Assembly (NCBI GenBank): GCA_002502135.1
Contig: DAPM01000005.1
Location: 1-59,598 of the forward strand
Direction: 5' to 3'
Origin: an archaeon UBA543
GTDB lineage: Archaea > Undinarchaeota > Undinarchaeia > Undinarchaeales > UBA543
DNA length: 59,598 bases
Shown here: piece after piece, positions 1 through 10,225 of the stretch
Layout of the letters: every line of letters begins with the position of its first letter
Position numbering within the stretch: position 1 is the stretch's first letter
The notes under the pieces: model-generated
The model's database searches: none
Told to the model about the DNA's origin: nothing
The model's input: the letters and a program-made list of their open reading frames with translations, nothing else
Program-made: the position numbers and the translations under genes

Positions 1-77
1 GAATAAATTAAAGTTTGAAGGAAAAGCTGAAGAAATTCAGAGGTTTGTGCCTACTGGAAAAGGTGGACTGAAGTAGA

Positions 78-695
78 TTAATTTTCGACAGTTGCTGTTG
101 TTGGAGCTCTGCCACCTCGGCGTCGTTGGTGGGAGAGTAATGGGGCGTCTTCTTTTTGTGATTTTTTCTTTTCGCTTTTGTTTCCACGTTTTTCTTTTGT
201 TTTAGATGGTTCAGCTAAAGTTAAAAACGCATTTGCTTCGTCTTTATCAATTTTTTTGAATTTGTAGTTCTCAAAAAGCTCAATAATTGCTTTGAAAGAA
301 TTTTGTCCGTAAAACTCTGTATTAGTATCGAAATCATTTAGAATATTAATTATTAGCAAAACACGATCGATATACACAAACTCATATTTTATTGAAAGAC
401 CTTGTTTTAGTATGTGTTTTTTATCTGTAATTTTGTCAAGAAAACCAACAATACTTGGTTTTTTCTGATTAAACAGGAAAAAAGTTTTGAACTTCTCTTT
501 TTTTAATTGGTGTTCAGTTTTGCCGTCTAAATAAGTAAAAACTGCTTTGCTCTGAGCCACTTTAATCTTTTTAATTTGCTTAAGCACTTCTAATTCTCTT
601 GCAGAGATCATGTCTTTTAGAAGATCTGGCAACTCATCTCTATCTCTTCCTTTATACAACAGGTAAATTGTAGATTCCCCTTTCTTAGATGTCAT
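78..695 (-). CDS. hypothetical protein, Lys-rich with basic C-terminal tail
   Basis: 205-aa ATG-initiated ORF and the only long frame at this locus. No motif I can assign. Confidence 0.45.
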   Translation of the reverse strand: MTSKKGESTIYLLYKGRDRDELPDLLKDMISARELEVLKQIKKIKVAQSKAVFTYLDGKTEHQLKKEKFKTFFLFNQKKPSIVGFLDKITDKKHILKQGLSIKYEFVYIDRVLLIINILNDFDTNTEFYGQNSFKAIIELFENYKFKKIDKDEANAFLTLAEPSKTKEKRGNKSEKKKSQKEDAPLLSHQRRRGGRAPTTATVEN

Positions 696-721
696 GTGCT
701 AAAAACTATGAATTAACTCCT

Positions 722-1900
722 TTAAAATTGTTCCTCTTCCTCTGGTTCAGAGCGGAAGAAGACTTTCAGAAGCAGTGGGGACAAAAATAGAGTTATTACC
801 ATTGCGATTATGGTCACTGGGATCAGGATTTGGTTGATGAACATTCCACCGGCAGCACCTAGAACTTGAGCTGCAATTACCAGAATCAGTAGCTGTTCTC
901 CACCGCGGGTAAGCATTCCGATAGCTACTCCGACACTCTGTTTTAGAGTTGTTCCGCCAGCAAGACAACCAAGCATATTACCAATGAATTTGGCGCCAAG
1001 GCCGACTATCAGGAGAAGGCCGACTATCCATGTGATTTTGAACATTGCAGGGTCAATTTGCAAACCCATCCAGGCGAAGAAAAGTGGTGCAAATACACCA
1101 TAAGTGAAGGAAGCGATTTTTGGTGAGAAGCTTCCAGTTTTCAAATATGGCGAATATGCAAGTGCAATTCCTGCAAAAAATGCTCCAACAACTGCTGCGA
1201 AACCAAGTACATCAGCAACATATGCAAGGAACAGGATCAGGATGAAGCCGATGGCGAATTGGGCTTCTTCTGAGCGCATTTTCTCACTGTATTTGATAAT
1301 GTATGGTGACACTACTTCCATCAGGACGAAGATTAAGAAGAAAACAACGATTTTGCCAAGTCCGAAGCTGTATTGAGCAAAGGTGTTAGCGCCAACAAGC
1401 GCAACTGTGAATGCAAGGATTGTGTAGAAAATGAAGTCTTCAATAACTGCAGCGCTGATTATTATTTCAGATACTTTAGAACGCAGGCGTTTCAGGTCTA
1501 CAATTGTTTTTATTGTGTTTGGAGTTGATTCACCACCCATTATGAGCGCAAAGAAGATTGCGTGAACAAAGCCAAGACCAATTGTTTTGAAAATGAAATA
1601 AGATGGAATCAGCACAAATAAGAAGCCGAAAATCGATAGGAAGAACCCTGTTTTTCCAGCCTGTTTCATTCGCTCTATACTGAAGTTGAATCCAACTAAG
1701 AAGAGTAAGAGGATGATTCCAAGAAGTGCCATGTTTTCAAGTGAGCCAGGGGCAATTAATTTGAAAACAGCTGTTCCAAGTATCACTCCTGCTAGAATTT
1801 CACCTAGAAGTGCTGGTAGTCTGAGCCTCTCAAAAATCTCACCAAAAATCTTGGAAAGTAGAAGCAGGAGGATGATTGAGAGTAAGAAGGTGACGATCAT
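722..1900 (-). CDS. cation:proton antiporter (Na+/H+ exchanger family, CPA2/Kef-NapA-like)
   Basis: 392 aa and polytopic. N-terminus FGEIFERLRLPALLGEILAGVILG is typical of this family. Confidence 0.8.
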   Translation of the reverse strand: MIVTFLLSIILLLLLSKIFGEIFERLRLPALLGEILAGVILGTAVFKLIAPGSLENMALLGIILLLFLVGFNFSIERMKQAGKTGFFLSIFGFLFVLIPSYFIFKTIGLGFVHAIFFALIMGGESTPNTIKTIVDLKRLRSKVSEIIISAAVIEDFIFYTILAFTVALVGANTFAQYSFGLGKIVVFFLIFVLMEVVSPYIIKYSEKMRSEEAQFAIGFILILFLAYVADVLGFAAVVGAFFAGIALAYSPYLKTGSFSPKIASFTYGVFAPLFFAWMGLQIDPAMFKITWIVGLLLIVGLGAKFIGNMLGCLAGGTTLKQSVGVAIGMLTRGGEQLLILVIAAQVLGAAGGMFINQILIPVTIIAMVITLFLSPLLLKVFFRSEPEEEEQF

Positions 1901-2352
1901 TTCTTTCTCCTTTTGTCCTTGATAATCTTGTCAAGGATTTCCAATTCTGTAATCATACCAACAAGTTTCTTGTTTTTCACAACTGGTAAAGCATCAACAT
2001 TGTGCTTGAACATAAGACTGACAACTTTTCGGATTGTGGTTTCAGGTGTTACAGTAAGCTCGTGCCGATGCATCAGATCCTTGGCAGTTTCTGCAAAGTA
2101 GCCCATATCGACATACCTGCCAAAGATGCCCGTTACTTCATCCCAGGACAAGTCATTTGGGTCAATTAAGAGTTTGAGAAGGTCGTGTTGGTGGATATCG
2201 CCGAGAAACTTATTGTTTTTGCCAACTACAGCAACTGCATCTGTTTTTGCATTGTCGAAAACCTTGATAACTTCTGGTATTTTTGCTGTTACCTTAACTG
2301 TTTTCAGTTTTCGCATAAGATCTTTGACTGTTAGGTTGGCGATATGTCGCAT
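1897..2352 (-). CDS. CBS-domain pair protein
   Basis: 151 aa with two CBS-like repeats (VVGKNNKFLGDIHQHDLL, VVKNKKLVGMITELEIL). 4-nt overlap with the antiporter start suggests co-transcription. Confidence 0.7.
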   Translation of the reverse strand: MRHIANLTVKDLMRKLKTVKVTAKIPEVIKVFDNAKTDAVAVVGKNNKFLGDIHQHDLLKLLIDPNDLSWDEVTGIFGRYVDMGYFAETAKDLMHRHELTVTPETTIRKVVSLMFKHNVDALPVVKNKKLVGMITELEILDKIIKDKRRKK

Positions 2353-2454
2353 AAATCTGTGTATGTTATTGTGTTTTATAAGCTTAACGAGATTAGGTAA
2401 ACCCTAGCTAGTTAACAAAATAATAAATATCAGAACACTCACAGAATTCTTCTA

Positions 2455-4566
2455 ATGAAGCTAGGGGAGGTTTCTACAAAGTATCCAGTATTGGCTGATG
2501 TAGTGCAGCGTATAAAAGATGTTGATAGTGTTGATGAGCTATATCCTCCGCAGGCTAAAGCAATTGAAACTGGGTTTCTGGATGGGAAAAATCTTGTTCT
2601 GAGTATCCCAACTGCTTCTGGAAAGACTCTGGTTGCTGAACTTGCGCTGATGAGTGAAGCTTTGAAAGGGAAGAAGGCAATTTACTTAACACCGTTGAGG
2701 GCTCTTGCTTCTGAGAAATTTGAGGAGATGAAAGAGAAGTATAGAAAGCTTGCGAAAATTGCAATTAGCACAGGGGAATATGATTCAAGTGGGAAAGAGT
2801 TAGCAGACTACGATATTATGATTTTGACTAATGAGAAAATGGACTCTTTGATGAGGCACAAGCCAGAGTGGTTGGAAAAGATTGGGGTGGTTGTTATTGA
2901 TGAGGTTCATTTGCTTAATGATAAAGGTCGAGGACCGACTTTAGAGATTGTTACAACGAAATTGAAGAAACTGGGTGTGCAGTTCATTGCGCTTTCTGCT
3001 ACTATTGAGAATTCAGATGAAATCGCGAAATGGTTGGATGCTGAGTTAGTTGAGTCTGAATTCAGGCCTGTGCAACTTGCAAGAGGTGTTTTTCTTGATA
3101 ATTCTGTGGCATTTAAGGAAAAAGATGATTTGAAATTGGATGCACCGCCAGGAGCATGCCCACTGGCAGTTCTGACTACAGATATTATTCAGAAAAAGGC
3201 GCAGTCACTGATATTTGTTAATACAAGACGGAGTGCTGAGAAAGAAGCTGAAGAGAATGGAAAGGAAATATCAGCTCTTTTTGATACTGAGGCTAAGAAA
3301 AAGTTGGAAGAAATTGCTGATCAGATTGAAAATGTTCTGGATTCGCCAACTAAACAGTGCAAGAGGCTGGGGAAGTGTGTTAGAACAGGAACTGCGTTCC
3401 ATCATGCTGGTTTGCATGCTAAACAAAGGAGTTTGGTTGAGAATAATTTCAAGCAGAATGTGCTAAAACTGATTTGCGCTACGCCAACTCTTGCTGCTGG
3501 GGTGAATTTGCCGAGTAAGAGAGTTGTGATTCGAGATTATAAGAGATATGGAAATTTTGGAATGGAACCAATTCCGATTTTGGAAATTCACCAAATGTTT
3601 GGGAGAGCTGGACGGCCGAAATATGATACAGAAGGCGAAGCAATTCTGGTTTCGAAATCTGTTGAAGAATTTGATCAGTTGTGGGATCACTATATTGACG
3701 GCAGGCCTGAGCCGATTTCGAGCAAATTGGGTGTTGAGCCGATTTTGAGGATGCATACCCTTGGTTTAATTGCTGAGCAAGAGCGGGACAAAAAGCAGTT
3801 ATTTGATTTCTTTGGCAAGACATTCTATGCACTTCAGTATGAGGATATGGCGAGCTTGGAAATTATGATTGATAATATCCTTGACCAGTTGTTTAAGTGG
3901 GGTTTTATGGATCACGAGAATAACAGATTGAAATGCACTAAGCTTGGTTTGCGTGTTGCGCAATTGTATCTAGATCCAATGACTGCTTTTGACTTTTTGC
4001 AAATGCTGGAGAGGAACCCAAGTGATGAGATGGTTATTCTAACAATTTTATCAGATTCTGCAGAGATGAGGCCCTTGGGTAGTGTTAGACGAAGTGAAGA
4101 AGCTCTTATTTTTGAAGAATTTGAGAAGTATGATTTGGGTGATGAGCAGTTGCGTGCTTTCAAAAATGCCTTTATTTTCTTTGAGTGGATGCAGGAGAAA
4201 ACTGATGACTTTATTTTCGACACTTTTGGAATGCCACCAGGCAGTTTCAGAACCAAATTAAGTGTTGCTGATTGGCTGTTGTATGCTTGTGGGGAGATTT
4301 CACGGCTAAGCGGACGGGACAAGATGCTTGATAAATTGAGGATGCTTAGGAAGCGATTAAAGTATGGCGTGAAGAGGGAACTGCTTCCGCTGATACGGGT
4401 TAGGAATATTGGACGGGCACGGGCAAGGAATTTGTTTGGTGTTGGGATTAAGAGTATTGAAGATATTAAGAATTCAAGTGCTGATGTTTTGAGCAAGGTT
4501 TTGGGAAAGAAAACTGCTTTGAAGATTATGGAGCAGTTGGATATGAATACGCAAACTACACTTTAA
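2455..4566 (+). CDS. hel308: Ski2-like ATP-dependent DNA helicase Hel308
   Basis: 703 aa. Walker A PTASGKT, DEVH box (VVIDEVHLL), motif VI QMFGRAGRP, and a C-terminal helix-hairpin-helix tail (VRNIGRARARNLF). Confidence 0.85.
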   Translation: MKLGEVSTKYPVLADVVQRIKDVDSVDELYPPQAKAIETGFLDGKNLVLSIPTASGKTLVAELALMSEALKGKKAIYLTPLRALASEKFEEMKEKYRKLAKIAISTGEYDSSGKELADYDIMILTNEKMDSLMRHKPEWLEKIGVVVIDEVHLLNDKGRGPTLEIVTTKLKKLGVQFIALSATIENSDEIAKWLDAELVESEFRPVQLARGVFLDNSVAFKEKDDLKLDAPPGACPLAVLTTDIIQKKAQSLIFVNTRRSAEKEAEENGKEISALFDTEAKKKLEEIADQIENVLDSPTKQCKRLGKCVRTGTAFHHAGLHAKQRSLVENNFKQNVLKLICATPTLAAGVNLPSKRVVIRDYKRYGNFGMEPIPILEIHQMFGRAGRPKYDTEGEAILVSKSVEEFDQLWDHYIDGRPEPISSKLGVEPILRMHTLGLIAEQERDKKQLFDFFGKTFYALQYEDMASLEIMIDNILDQLFKWGFMDHENNRLKCTKLGLRVAQLYLDPMTAFDFLQMLERNPSDEMVILTILSDSAEMRPLGSVRRSEEALIFEEFEKYDLGDEQLRAFKNAFIFFEWMQEKTDDFIFDTFGMPPGSFRTKLSVADWLLYACGEISRLSGRDKMLDKLRMLRKRLKYGVKRELLPLIRVRNIGRARARNLFGVGIKSIEDIKNSSADVLSKVLGKKTALKIMEQLDMNTQTTL

Positions 4567-5144
4567 ATTATTTTAAAATAGTGCGCAGTTATCCAGATTA
4601 TTCCGTGTAGAATTGAGACTAAGTAGAAATTAGGGAAGAAGACGTAGATGCTAGACAAACCAACACCGAGGCCCAACGTGAGCCAGAAGATTTTCCAGCT
4701 GTGGAATGGAATATGTGCGTATCCGAAAAGGAAAGACATTATCGGAATGATGATTATGATTGGGATGTTGAATGCTAGGAGAAGTGGAAACAAAATGCTT
4801 CTGTAAATGAATTCCTGTGCTGGAACAAACCATAGGCCGATGTAGTTGTTCAGGGTTCCTTTGAGCCGTTTGATGTGGCCCATTTTGTATTTGTTTTGTT
4901 TGAAATACGCACAGAGACCGAAAGCTAAGAAGAAAAATATGTAGTAATAGCCGTCTGCTTGTTCAAGATTATCAAAACGGAAACCAAGGTCGTGTAAAGA
5001 GTAACCGGCACTCCACGCCACAAAAACTGAGTACAGGGCCCCACCTAAGAAAAAGCCCCATCGGTATTTTACAGGAATTATATCATAGAATACTAGAGCG
5101 GGGAGTGCGATGTATAGAATTAAAAGGATTATCTCCGGGATCAT
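4563..5144 (-). CDS. CPBP-family (CAAX-type) intramembrane protease, putative
   Basis: 193 aa, multi-TM. Has QEFIYRSILFP (E-x3-R-like motif) and FGYAHIPFH. The match is degenerate, so this is tentative. Confidence 0.55.
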   Translation of the reverse strand: MIPEIILLILYIALPALVFYDIIPVKYRWGFFLGGALYSVFVAWSAGYSLHDLGFRFDNLEQADGYYYIFFFLAFGLCAYFKQNKYKMGHIKRLKGTLNNYIGLWFVPAQEFIYRSILFPLLLAFNIPIIIIIPIMSFLFGYAHIPFHSWKIFWLTLGLGVGLSSIYVFFPNFYLVSILHGIIWITAHYFKII

Positions 5145-5186
5145 TAAAAAGTGATAGTTAAGAAAGGGTTAATAAGGTTTTGATAT

Positions 5187-5275
5187 GGTGCGGGGGGCAA
5201 GATTCGAACTTGCGAAGACACTAAGTCACAGGGTCCTAAACCCTGCCCCTTTGACCAGGCTCGGGTACCCCCGCA
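5187..5275 (-). tRNA. tRNA-Leu (anticodon UAG) with long variable arm and encoded CCA
   Basis: Reverse complement folds as a cloverleaf. Acceptor GCGGGGG/CCCCCGC, anticodon stem CAGGG/CCCTG with loop TTTAGGA, variable stem GAC/GTC, T-arm GCAAG-TTCGAAT-CTTGC, 3' ACCA. Confidence 0.9.
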
Positions 5276-5318
5276 GGTTGAAATTTATCAAAACAGCAGT
5301 ATTTAATTGTTTGGAGGG

Positions 5319-6479
5319 TTACTTTAACCACCGAGCAAGTAGATAAGTCCACACAAACCAGAGCATGTACTGGTCAAAACCAGTTTCGATCCAGACAATG
5401 CTGAGTGCCAGAAGAACTGGATAAAATATTTTCAGGAGAGATTCCTTCTTTTCAAATGAGTTGTGGGCATTCCCTAAAATAAAGCCGAGGAAGAGCATCC
5501 AAGCTAACGCAAACAATGGCCCGAACTCCATTAACGCAGGACCAAGCATGGTTGAAGTAAGGCTGTTCTCAGCACCTAGGAAATTAGCAAGATGGTCACG
5601 TGGCCTTGCGTGATGCATCATAAACTGACCGTGCTCAACACCGAATGGCATACTCTTTTCCAGAACCTGCTCATAAACAGAATGTGTTGACCCAGCTCGC
5701 CAGAGTAGAAGAGACCCAGGATCTGCGATTGGAGAAATGTAATATCCAAGGAATAAGATAAACAGAAGAGCTACAATGAGCGGAACCACCACTGTCTTGT
5801 TATCAAGTTTCTTATTCTTGTAAGCAGCAATTGTTCCACTGAGCAGGAAGAGTAGGATGACGATTCTGAAACCTGTTAAAGCAATTACTGCTGTGGCTGC
5901 GATTATTAAAGCGTAAACATGCATGCGTTTTTTCTGCCTGAGCAAAAGGCCAATGTATCCGAAAAGCAGACAGAAAATCGCACCACCCCAAGACCAGCTC
6001 TGGTCCACAAGAAGTCGAAGTGATGGTTTCAAAAGCGGAATGCCACCAATCTGCATGAAAGTTAGTGCAAGGAAGGCTAGGCCGGCGTAAATTAATCCAG
6101 TGTAGAACTTTGTAGGTATCTTGTCATACGCCAGTAGTTTTCTGACAAAGAATAAGAAGAACCAAAGAATCACCATTATTATTATGAACGCGGGGATCCA
6201 GTGGGTGTAGAAGAATTTTGCAAAAGCGAAGGAGTAGTAGACAGTAAGTGCTGCTAGGAAAAGTGTGACCCATCTGCCTCTGAGTTTTTTTAGTTTGAAC
6301 TTTTTTGAGAGACGGACTCCGAGATAAAAGAATGCTAGAGAGATTAGCGCGAAAACCACTCCGAAAATTGTTGGGCTAGTAAGGTTTTTCCAATAAAGAA
6401 ATCCGGCTCCGGCCAAGATAAGGAAAAGCAAGTAGAATGCAATAAACGATTCTGGCCTGAATAGATCTAGTTTTTTCAT
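5319..6479 (-). CDS. polytopic membrane protein (possibly Wzy/O-antigen-polymerase-like)
   Basis: 386 aa with more than 10 hydrophobic segments. The functional guess comes only from neighbouring glycan-type genes. Confidence 0.45.
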   Translation of the reverse strand: MKKLDLFRPESFIAFYLLFLILAGAGFLYWKNLTSPTIFGVVFALISLAFFYLGVRLSKKFKLKKLRGRWVTLFLAALTVYYSFAFAKFFYTHWIPAFIIIMVILWFFLFFVRKLLAYDKIPTKFYTGLIYAGLAFLALTFMQIGGIPLLKPSLRLLVDQSWSWGGAIFCLLFGYIGLLLRQKKRMHVYALIIAATAVIALTGFRIVILLFLLSGTIAAYKNKKLDNKTVVVPLIVALLFILFLGYYISPIADPGSLLLWRAGSTHSVYEQVLEKSMPFGVEHGQFMMHHARPRDHLANFLGAENSLTSTMLGPALMEFGPLFALAWMLFLGFILGNAHNSFEKKESLLKIFYPVLLALSIVWIETGFDQYMLWFVWTYLLARWLK

Positions 6480-6480
6480 G

Positions 6481-7599
6481 CTAGGTATCCAATTTCTTAA
6501 TCATTTTTCCGGGTGCTGTGTAAATCATTGAAACGTAACTGAGTGCTAAGTATCCGAAGACATAAGTCATTATGTAGTAGGCAGCTCGGTCGAGTAGGAC
6601 TGCTGCAGTTATTGCACTTGCAGGCACACCGAGCAGAGACATGAGCAGGATTATTGCACTCTCAACTGCTCCTGTGCCGCCAGGCACGAAGATGATAAAA
6701 CCAAGCGACATGCTGACTGTTGTAACAGCAACGAGCCGAATGAATGAGACCTGGAGCCCCATACCACTAAGTAGGAACCAGAGACCAAGAGCTTGAAGTG
6801 GATACCAGATCAAAGATGCACCCAGGACTTTGAGAACTGTCCTCTTGTCAATCATCAGTGTTTTTATTGTTCCCATAAACGCCTTTTGTTTAGAATGGAA
6901 AGATTTTACAAAGATTTCAGGAGTTTTGAACTTCTTTTTTATGAATTTGAACAAGCGGAACTTGTAAATTCGCACTAAGAACCGATCCATGCGTTCTTTG
7001 TTCCTGCTGATTTTGAATATGAAAAGAACCATGAGGATACTGAGGATTATGAAGATAGCAAACCAGCCTGCAAGGAAATATGCAAGTTTTCTGAAGCTGA
7101 TAGAGAAGATGAGATAGAATGTAGATAGGCTCATAAAGATGACAGTCCCCACCAAGAAGATCAAACTATCTGTTGTGAAAAGACCAAAACATTTGGAACC
7201 GCGCATTCCTGTTGCTTTCTCAAGGAAGTATGCTTTTACAGGTTCTCCACCGACACTAGGACCAGGAGTGAGGTTGTTGACCAGTGCACCAGAGAGGTGA
7301 ATTGGAAGGAGCTTCCAGAAACTGATTGGTTTGATGTTCTTGCAGAGTAGAAATGCCTTATAATTGAAAATGAAAAGTGAAAGGACTTTGGTTCCGAGCA
7401 TGAGAATGAGGAAACCAACGTTTACAAGCGCCAGAGACTGAAGAATTTCGCCGTAACCAACGAATTTCAAGAGGACAATTAAGATTACAAACCCTATAAC
7501 CATTAGGGAAACATTCTTTCGTAAGTTTTGAATGAACTTAGGCTCCTCAGAAGTCACAAAACAGCTTGGTATTTGCCTTTTATACGTTTTCCCGAGCAC
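6481..7599 (-). CDS. flippase-like / lysyl-phosphatidylglycerol-synthase TM-region family membrane protein (UPF0104)
   Basis: 372 aa. The TPGPSVGGEPVKAYFL motif resembles the GGE-x-R/K signature of this family. GTG start at 7599 sits ~25 nt downstream of a TATA-like box. Confidence 0.55.
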   Translation of the reverse strand: MLGKTYKRQIPSCFVTSEEPKFIQNLRKNVSLMVIGFVILIVLLKFVGYGEILQSLALVNVGFLILMLGTKVLSLFIFNYKAFLLCKNIKPISFWKLLPIHLSGALVNNLTPGPSVGGEPVKAYFLEKATGMRGSKCFGLFTTDSLIFLVGTVIFMSLSTFYLIFSISFRKLAYFLAGWFAIFIILSILMVLFIFKISRNKERMDRFLVRIYKFRLFKFIKKKFKTPEIFVKSFHSKQKAFMGTIKTLMIDKRTVLKVLGASLIWYPLQALGLWFLLSGMGLQVSFIRLVAVTTVSMSLGFIIFVPGGTGAVESAIILLMSLLGVPASAITAAVLLDRAAYYIMTYVFGYLALSYVSMIYTAPGKMIKKLDT

Positions 7600-7656
7600 A
7601 AAAAAGTACAGTATTTCATAAAACTATTTAAGCGTCTTTTGCAGGATACTGATAAG

Positions 7657-8373
7657 ATGATTGGATTAATACCTGCTGCTGGACTGGGAACACGTTTGGC
7701 AGAACTTACAAAGGATACGCCCAAGGAACTTTTGCCAGTGGGAGGAAAACCGATTATAGAGCATGTGCTAGATCAGTTTAAGGAAGCTGGAGTGAGTAAG
7801 ATTTTTGTGATTTTGGGCGCTGGGAAAAGCGCTATTATGGAACATCTTGGAAATGGGAGCAAATTTGGATTAGAAATTGGATATTTGTTCCAGGAAGAGA
7901 AAAACGGGCTGGCTAAAGCAATTTACACTGGAAAAGAGTTTATTCAGGAAGATTTTGCAGTTGTTTTGGGAGATAATTTGCTGTTCCCGAAACCTCTTTT
8001 GAAAGATGTTGTTGCTGAGCATGCTAATGGTTCTGATGTTACACTTGTTGGTCATGAAGTTGATGATCCAACTAGGTTTGGAGTTATTGAAAGTATTGAA
8101 GGAAAGGTTACTGGTTTGGAGGAAAAGCCTGCTGAGCCGAAGACAAAGAACGCAATTGTTGGTATGTATGTTTTCAAACCAAGTATTTTCGATGCTATTG
8201 AAAGGACAGAACCGGGTGCTAAAGGTGAATACCAGATTACTGATTCAATTAAATTGATGTTAAACGAAGGGAAAAGTATTAGAGTTGTTAAGCACGAAGG
8301 AAAGTGGTACGATATTGGCACTAAGGAGAGTTACACTGCGGCCAATACTGAGCTGGAGGCTAAAAATGGTTAG
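7657..8373 (+). CDS. sugar-phosphate nucleotidyltransferase (glucose-1-phosphate thymidylyl/uridylyltransferase-like)
   Basis: Canonical N-terminus MIGLIPAAGLGTRL at the ATG at 7657. The longer tracked ORF from 7528 overlaps the divergent neighbour. TATA-like CTATTTAAG lies ~25-30 nt upstream. Confidence 0.8.
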   Translation: MIGLIPAAGLGTRLAELTKDTPKELLPVGGKPIIEHVLDQFKEAGVSKIFVILGAGKSAIMEHLGNGSKFGLEIGYLFQEEKNGLAKAIYTGKEFIQEDFAVVLGDNLLFPKPLLKDVVAEHANGSDVTLVGHEVDDPTRFGVIESIEGKVTGLEEKPAEPKTKNAIVGMYVFKPSIFDAIERTEPGAKGEYQITDSIKLMLNEGKSIRVVKHEGKWYDIGTKESYTAANTELEAKNG

Positions 8374-8701
8374 AACTAGTTTGGAAAAATTTGCAGAAGT
8401 TGCTGAGCAGGCAAAGAGTAATGAGATTTATGATATTCATGATTTGAAAATGGAGCATTTGGTGATTTCCACTACCAGATTGCATGCTGGAAAAGAGACA
8501 AGGGGACATGAACATGCTGAGAAGGAGGAAGTTTACCTTTGTTTGGAAGGAAGTGGAAAGCTAATTATGGGTGAGGAGACTGCTGGTTTTGCTAAAGGTG
8601 ATTTGGTTACTATTCCTGCTGGAGATTTTCATAAAGTTGTTAATGATTCTGAAGCTGATTTGGTTTTCTTGTGTGTTTTTGAGAAGTATGAGCGAGAGTA
8701 G
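8366..8701 (+). CDS. cupin-domain protein
   Basis: GHEHAEKEEVYLCLEGSG and IPAGDFHKVVN match the cupin two-motif pattern. The ATG at 8366 overlaps the upstream stop by 8 nt. Confidence 0.65.
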   Translation: MVRTSLEKFAEVAEQAKSNEIYDIHDLKMEHLVISTTRLHAGKETRGHEHAEKEEVYLCLEGSGKLIMGEETAGFAKGDLVTIPAGDFHKVVNDSEADLVFLCVFEKYERE

Positions 8702-8738
8702 GAATAGTTAAATAGGTTGAGAGCTAGTAGAGGGTATT

Positions 8739-9071
8739 ATGAAGTATGTGCGATTGAGTGTTTTGATTAAAAAGATTCCGACTAAAGAGCATTTCAAACT
8801 TAAAGAGGATTTAGAGCAGGTAATAGAAAGTGAGAAAAGTAAAAAGGAGGATTTTAAGTATAAAATAACGAGAATGGATGCTGGTTGGGTCCTTGAAAAT
8901 TACGATGTTGTTCTCGCAGGAGATGAAAAACATGTGAAAGCTGTGCGAGATAGGATTGTTGAGTTTGTAAAACCAAGATACCGTGGGGGCTGGAGGAAGC
9001 GATATATAATTAAATTGTCCAAAATAAGAGAGAGTGAAGGGCCATCAATAAACATAGACAGCGACCTTTAG
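8739..9071 (+). CDS. hypothetical protein
   Basis: 110-aa ORF with an ATG start. No recognisable motif. Confidence 0.4.
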   Translation: MKYVRLSVLIKKIPTKEHFKLKEDLEQVIESEKSKKEDFKYKITRMDAGWVLENYDVVLAGDEKHVKAVRDRIVEFVKPRYRGGWRKRYIIKLSKIRESEGPSINIDSDL

Positions 9072-9118
9072 ATAATTTTATAAGCCCAGGCGACTACTGC
9101 TTATTATAGGTGAGAATA

Positions 9119-9841
9119 ATGGGACTATTTGGAAAAAAGAAAGACGAAGAAGCTAAAAAAGAACTGCCGCCGTTACCGGAGAAAGCTCCGGAAGCGCCTC
9201 CAGCACCGGCAGCACCAGTTGCTCCTGGCCCAGCTCCAGTGCCTCCGAAAATGGAGAAGCCTGCACTTGCAACTGAAGATGTTGCTAAACTACCTCTTTT
9301 TATGAAAGTTAAAGAATATGATAAGATTGTTAAAGAGCTTGCAGACTTGACAGAATCCACAAAAAGTATGGAGGAAACTCTTGCAGAACTGACAAAATTG
9401 GAAGATGCTGAAGAAGCTACTACCAAGAAGTGGAAAGAGCAGTTGGACAAGACTAAGACTCAATTAAAGACTTTAGTAGACCAGATGCCTGAAACCGGAA
9501 GAATGAAAGATGTTCTGGGGGCTCAGGAAAAATCTACTGATAAAGAGGAGCTGAAAAAAGAAATTCAAGAACTGAAAGAGGATATTAAAGAAGCTGGTGA
9601 TAAGCCAGATCCTGCTGCAGAGAAGCTTTCTGGAGAAATTGGAGGCTTGAAAGATCACCTTCAGAGCATGCGAGATGAGTTGAAAGGACTTCAGAATGAG
9701 TTTCAGTCACTGAATGCAGAAACCAAGAAGAGCGCAGAAGCAGTTGAAGATATTAAAGAGCAGATTTCTGAAAAACCTGAAAAGGAAGAAGAGAAAACGC
9801 CTGAGTACAAGGAAGCTGAAGTTAAAAATCCGTGGGAGTGA
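9119..9841 (+). CDS. coiled-coil protein with MGLFGKKK N-terminus and Pro/Ala-rich linker
   Basis: The ATG at 9119 is preceded by AGGTGA 7 nt upstream, and a TATA-like TTTTATAA lies near 9078. Pro/Ala-rich segment, then heptad-rich Lys/Glu sequence. Confidence 0.55.
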   Translation: MGLFGKKKDEEAKKELPPLPEKAPEAPPAPAAPVAPGPAPVPPKMEKPALATEDVAKLPLFMKVKEYDKIVKELADLTESTKSMEETLAELTKLEDAEEATTKKWKEQLDKTKTQLKTLVDQMPETGRMKDVLGAQEKSTDKEELKKEIQELKEDIKEAGDKPDPAAEKLSGEIGGLKDHLQSMRDELKGLQNEFQSLNAETKKSAEAVEDIKEQISEKPEKEEEKTPEYKEAEVKNPWE

Positions 9842-10186
9842 TTAGAAATATTCGTACTTGATTGTTTCTCCGATTTCGAAATTCTTGCCCTGGCCAGCAG
9901 GAAGTTCTATTAAGTATTTAGCAGGTTCTCTTGGTGCGTAGTATGGGAAGAAAGGGAGTGCTTGTTTGATTTCTACAACTTTCCAAGCGGAGTTTATGAA
10001 GATTAAATCAAGTGGTTGGAAAACAAATAGCATGTGAACTGCGCTGTCGAATTTTGATTCTCTATTGAACTCAAAGAAGAGTGGATCGACTTTCAATTTG
10101 AACATGTGGCCCCTGATTTTCTGGAAATTTGTGGTTGCAACTCGGGCATTTATTGAACCCTTCTTTGAATTGAGTTGGATGTTCAT
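9842..10186 (-). CDS. DUF192-family protein
   Basis: 114 aa. PLDLIFINSAWKVVEI and YLIELPAG match the DUF192 (COG1430) pattern. Confidence 0.65.
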   Translation of the reverse strand: MNIQLNSKKGSINARVATTNFQKIRGHMFKLKVDPLFFEFNRESKFDSAVHMLFVFQPLDLIFINSAWKVVEIKQALPFFPYYAPREPAKYLIELPAGQGKNFEIGETIKYEYF

Positions 10187-10225
10187 AGGAAAGCGTTTTT
10201 ATATGCTGATGTTTTAAAGGTTTTG

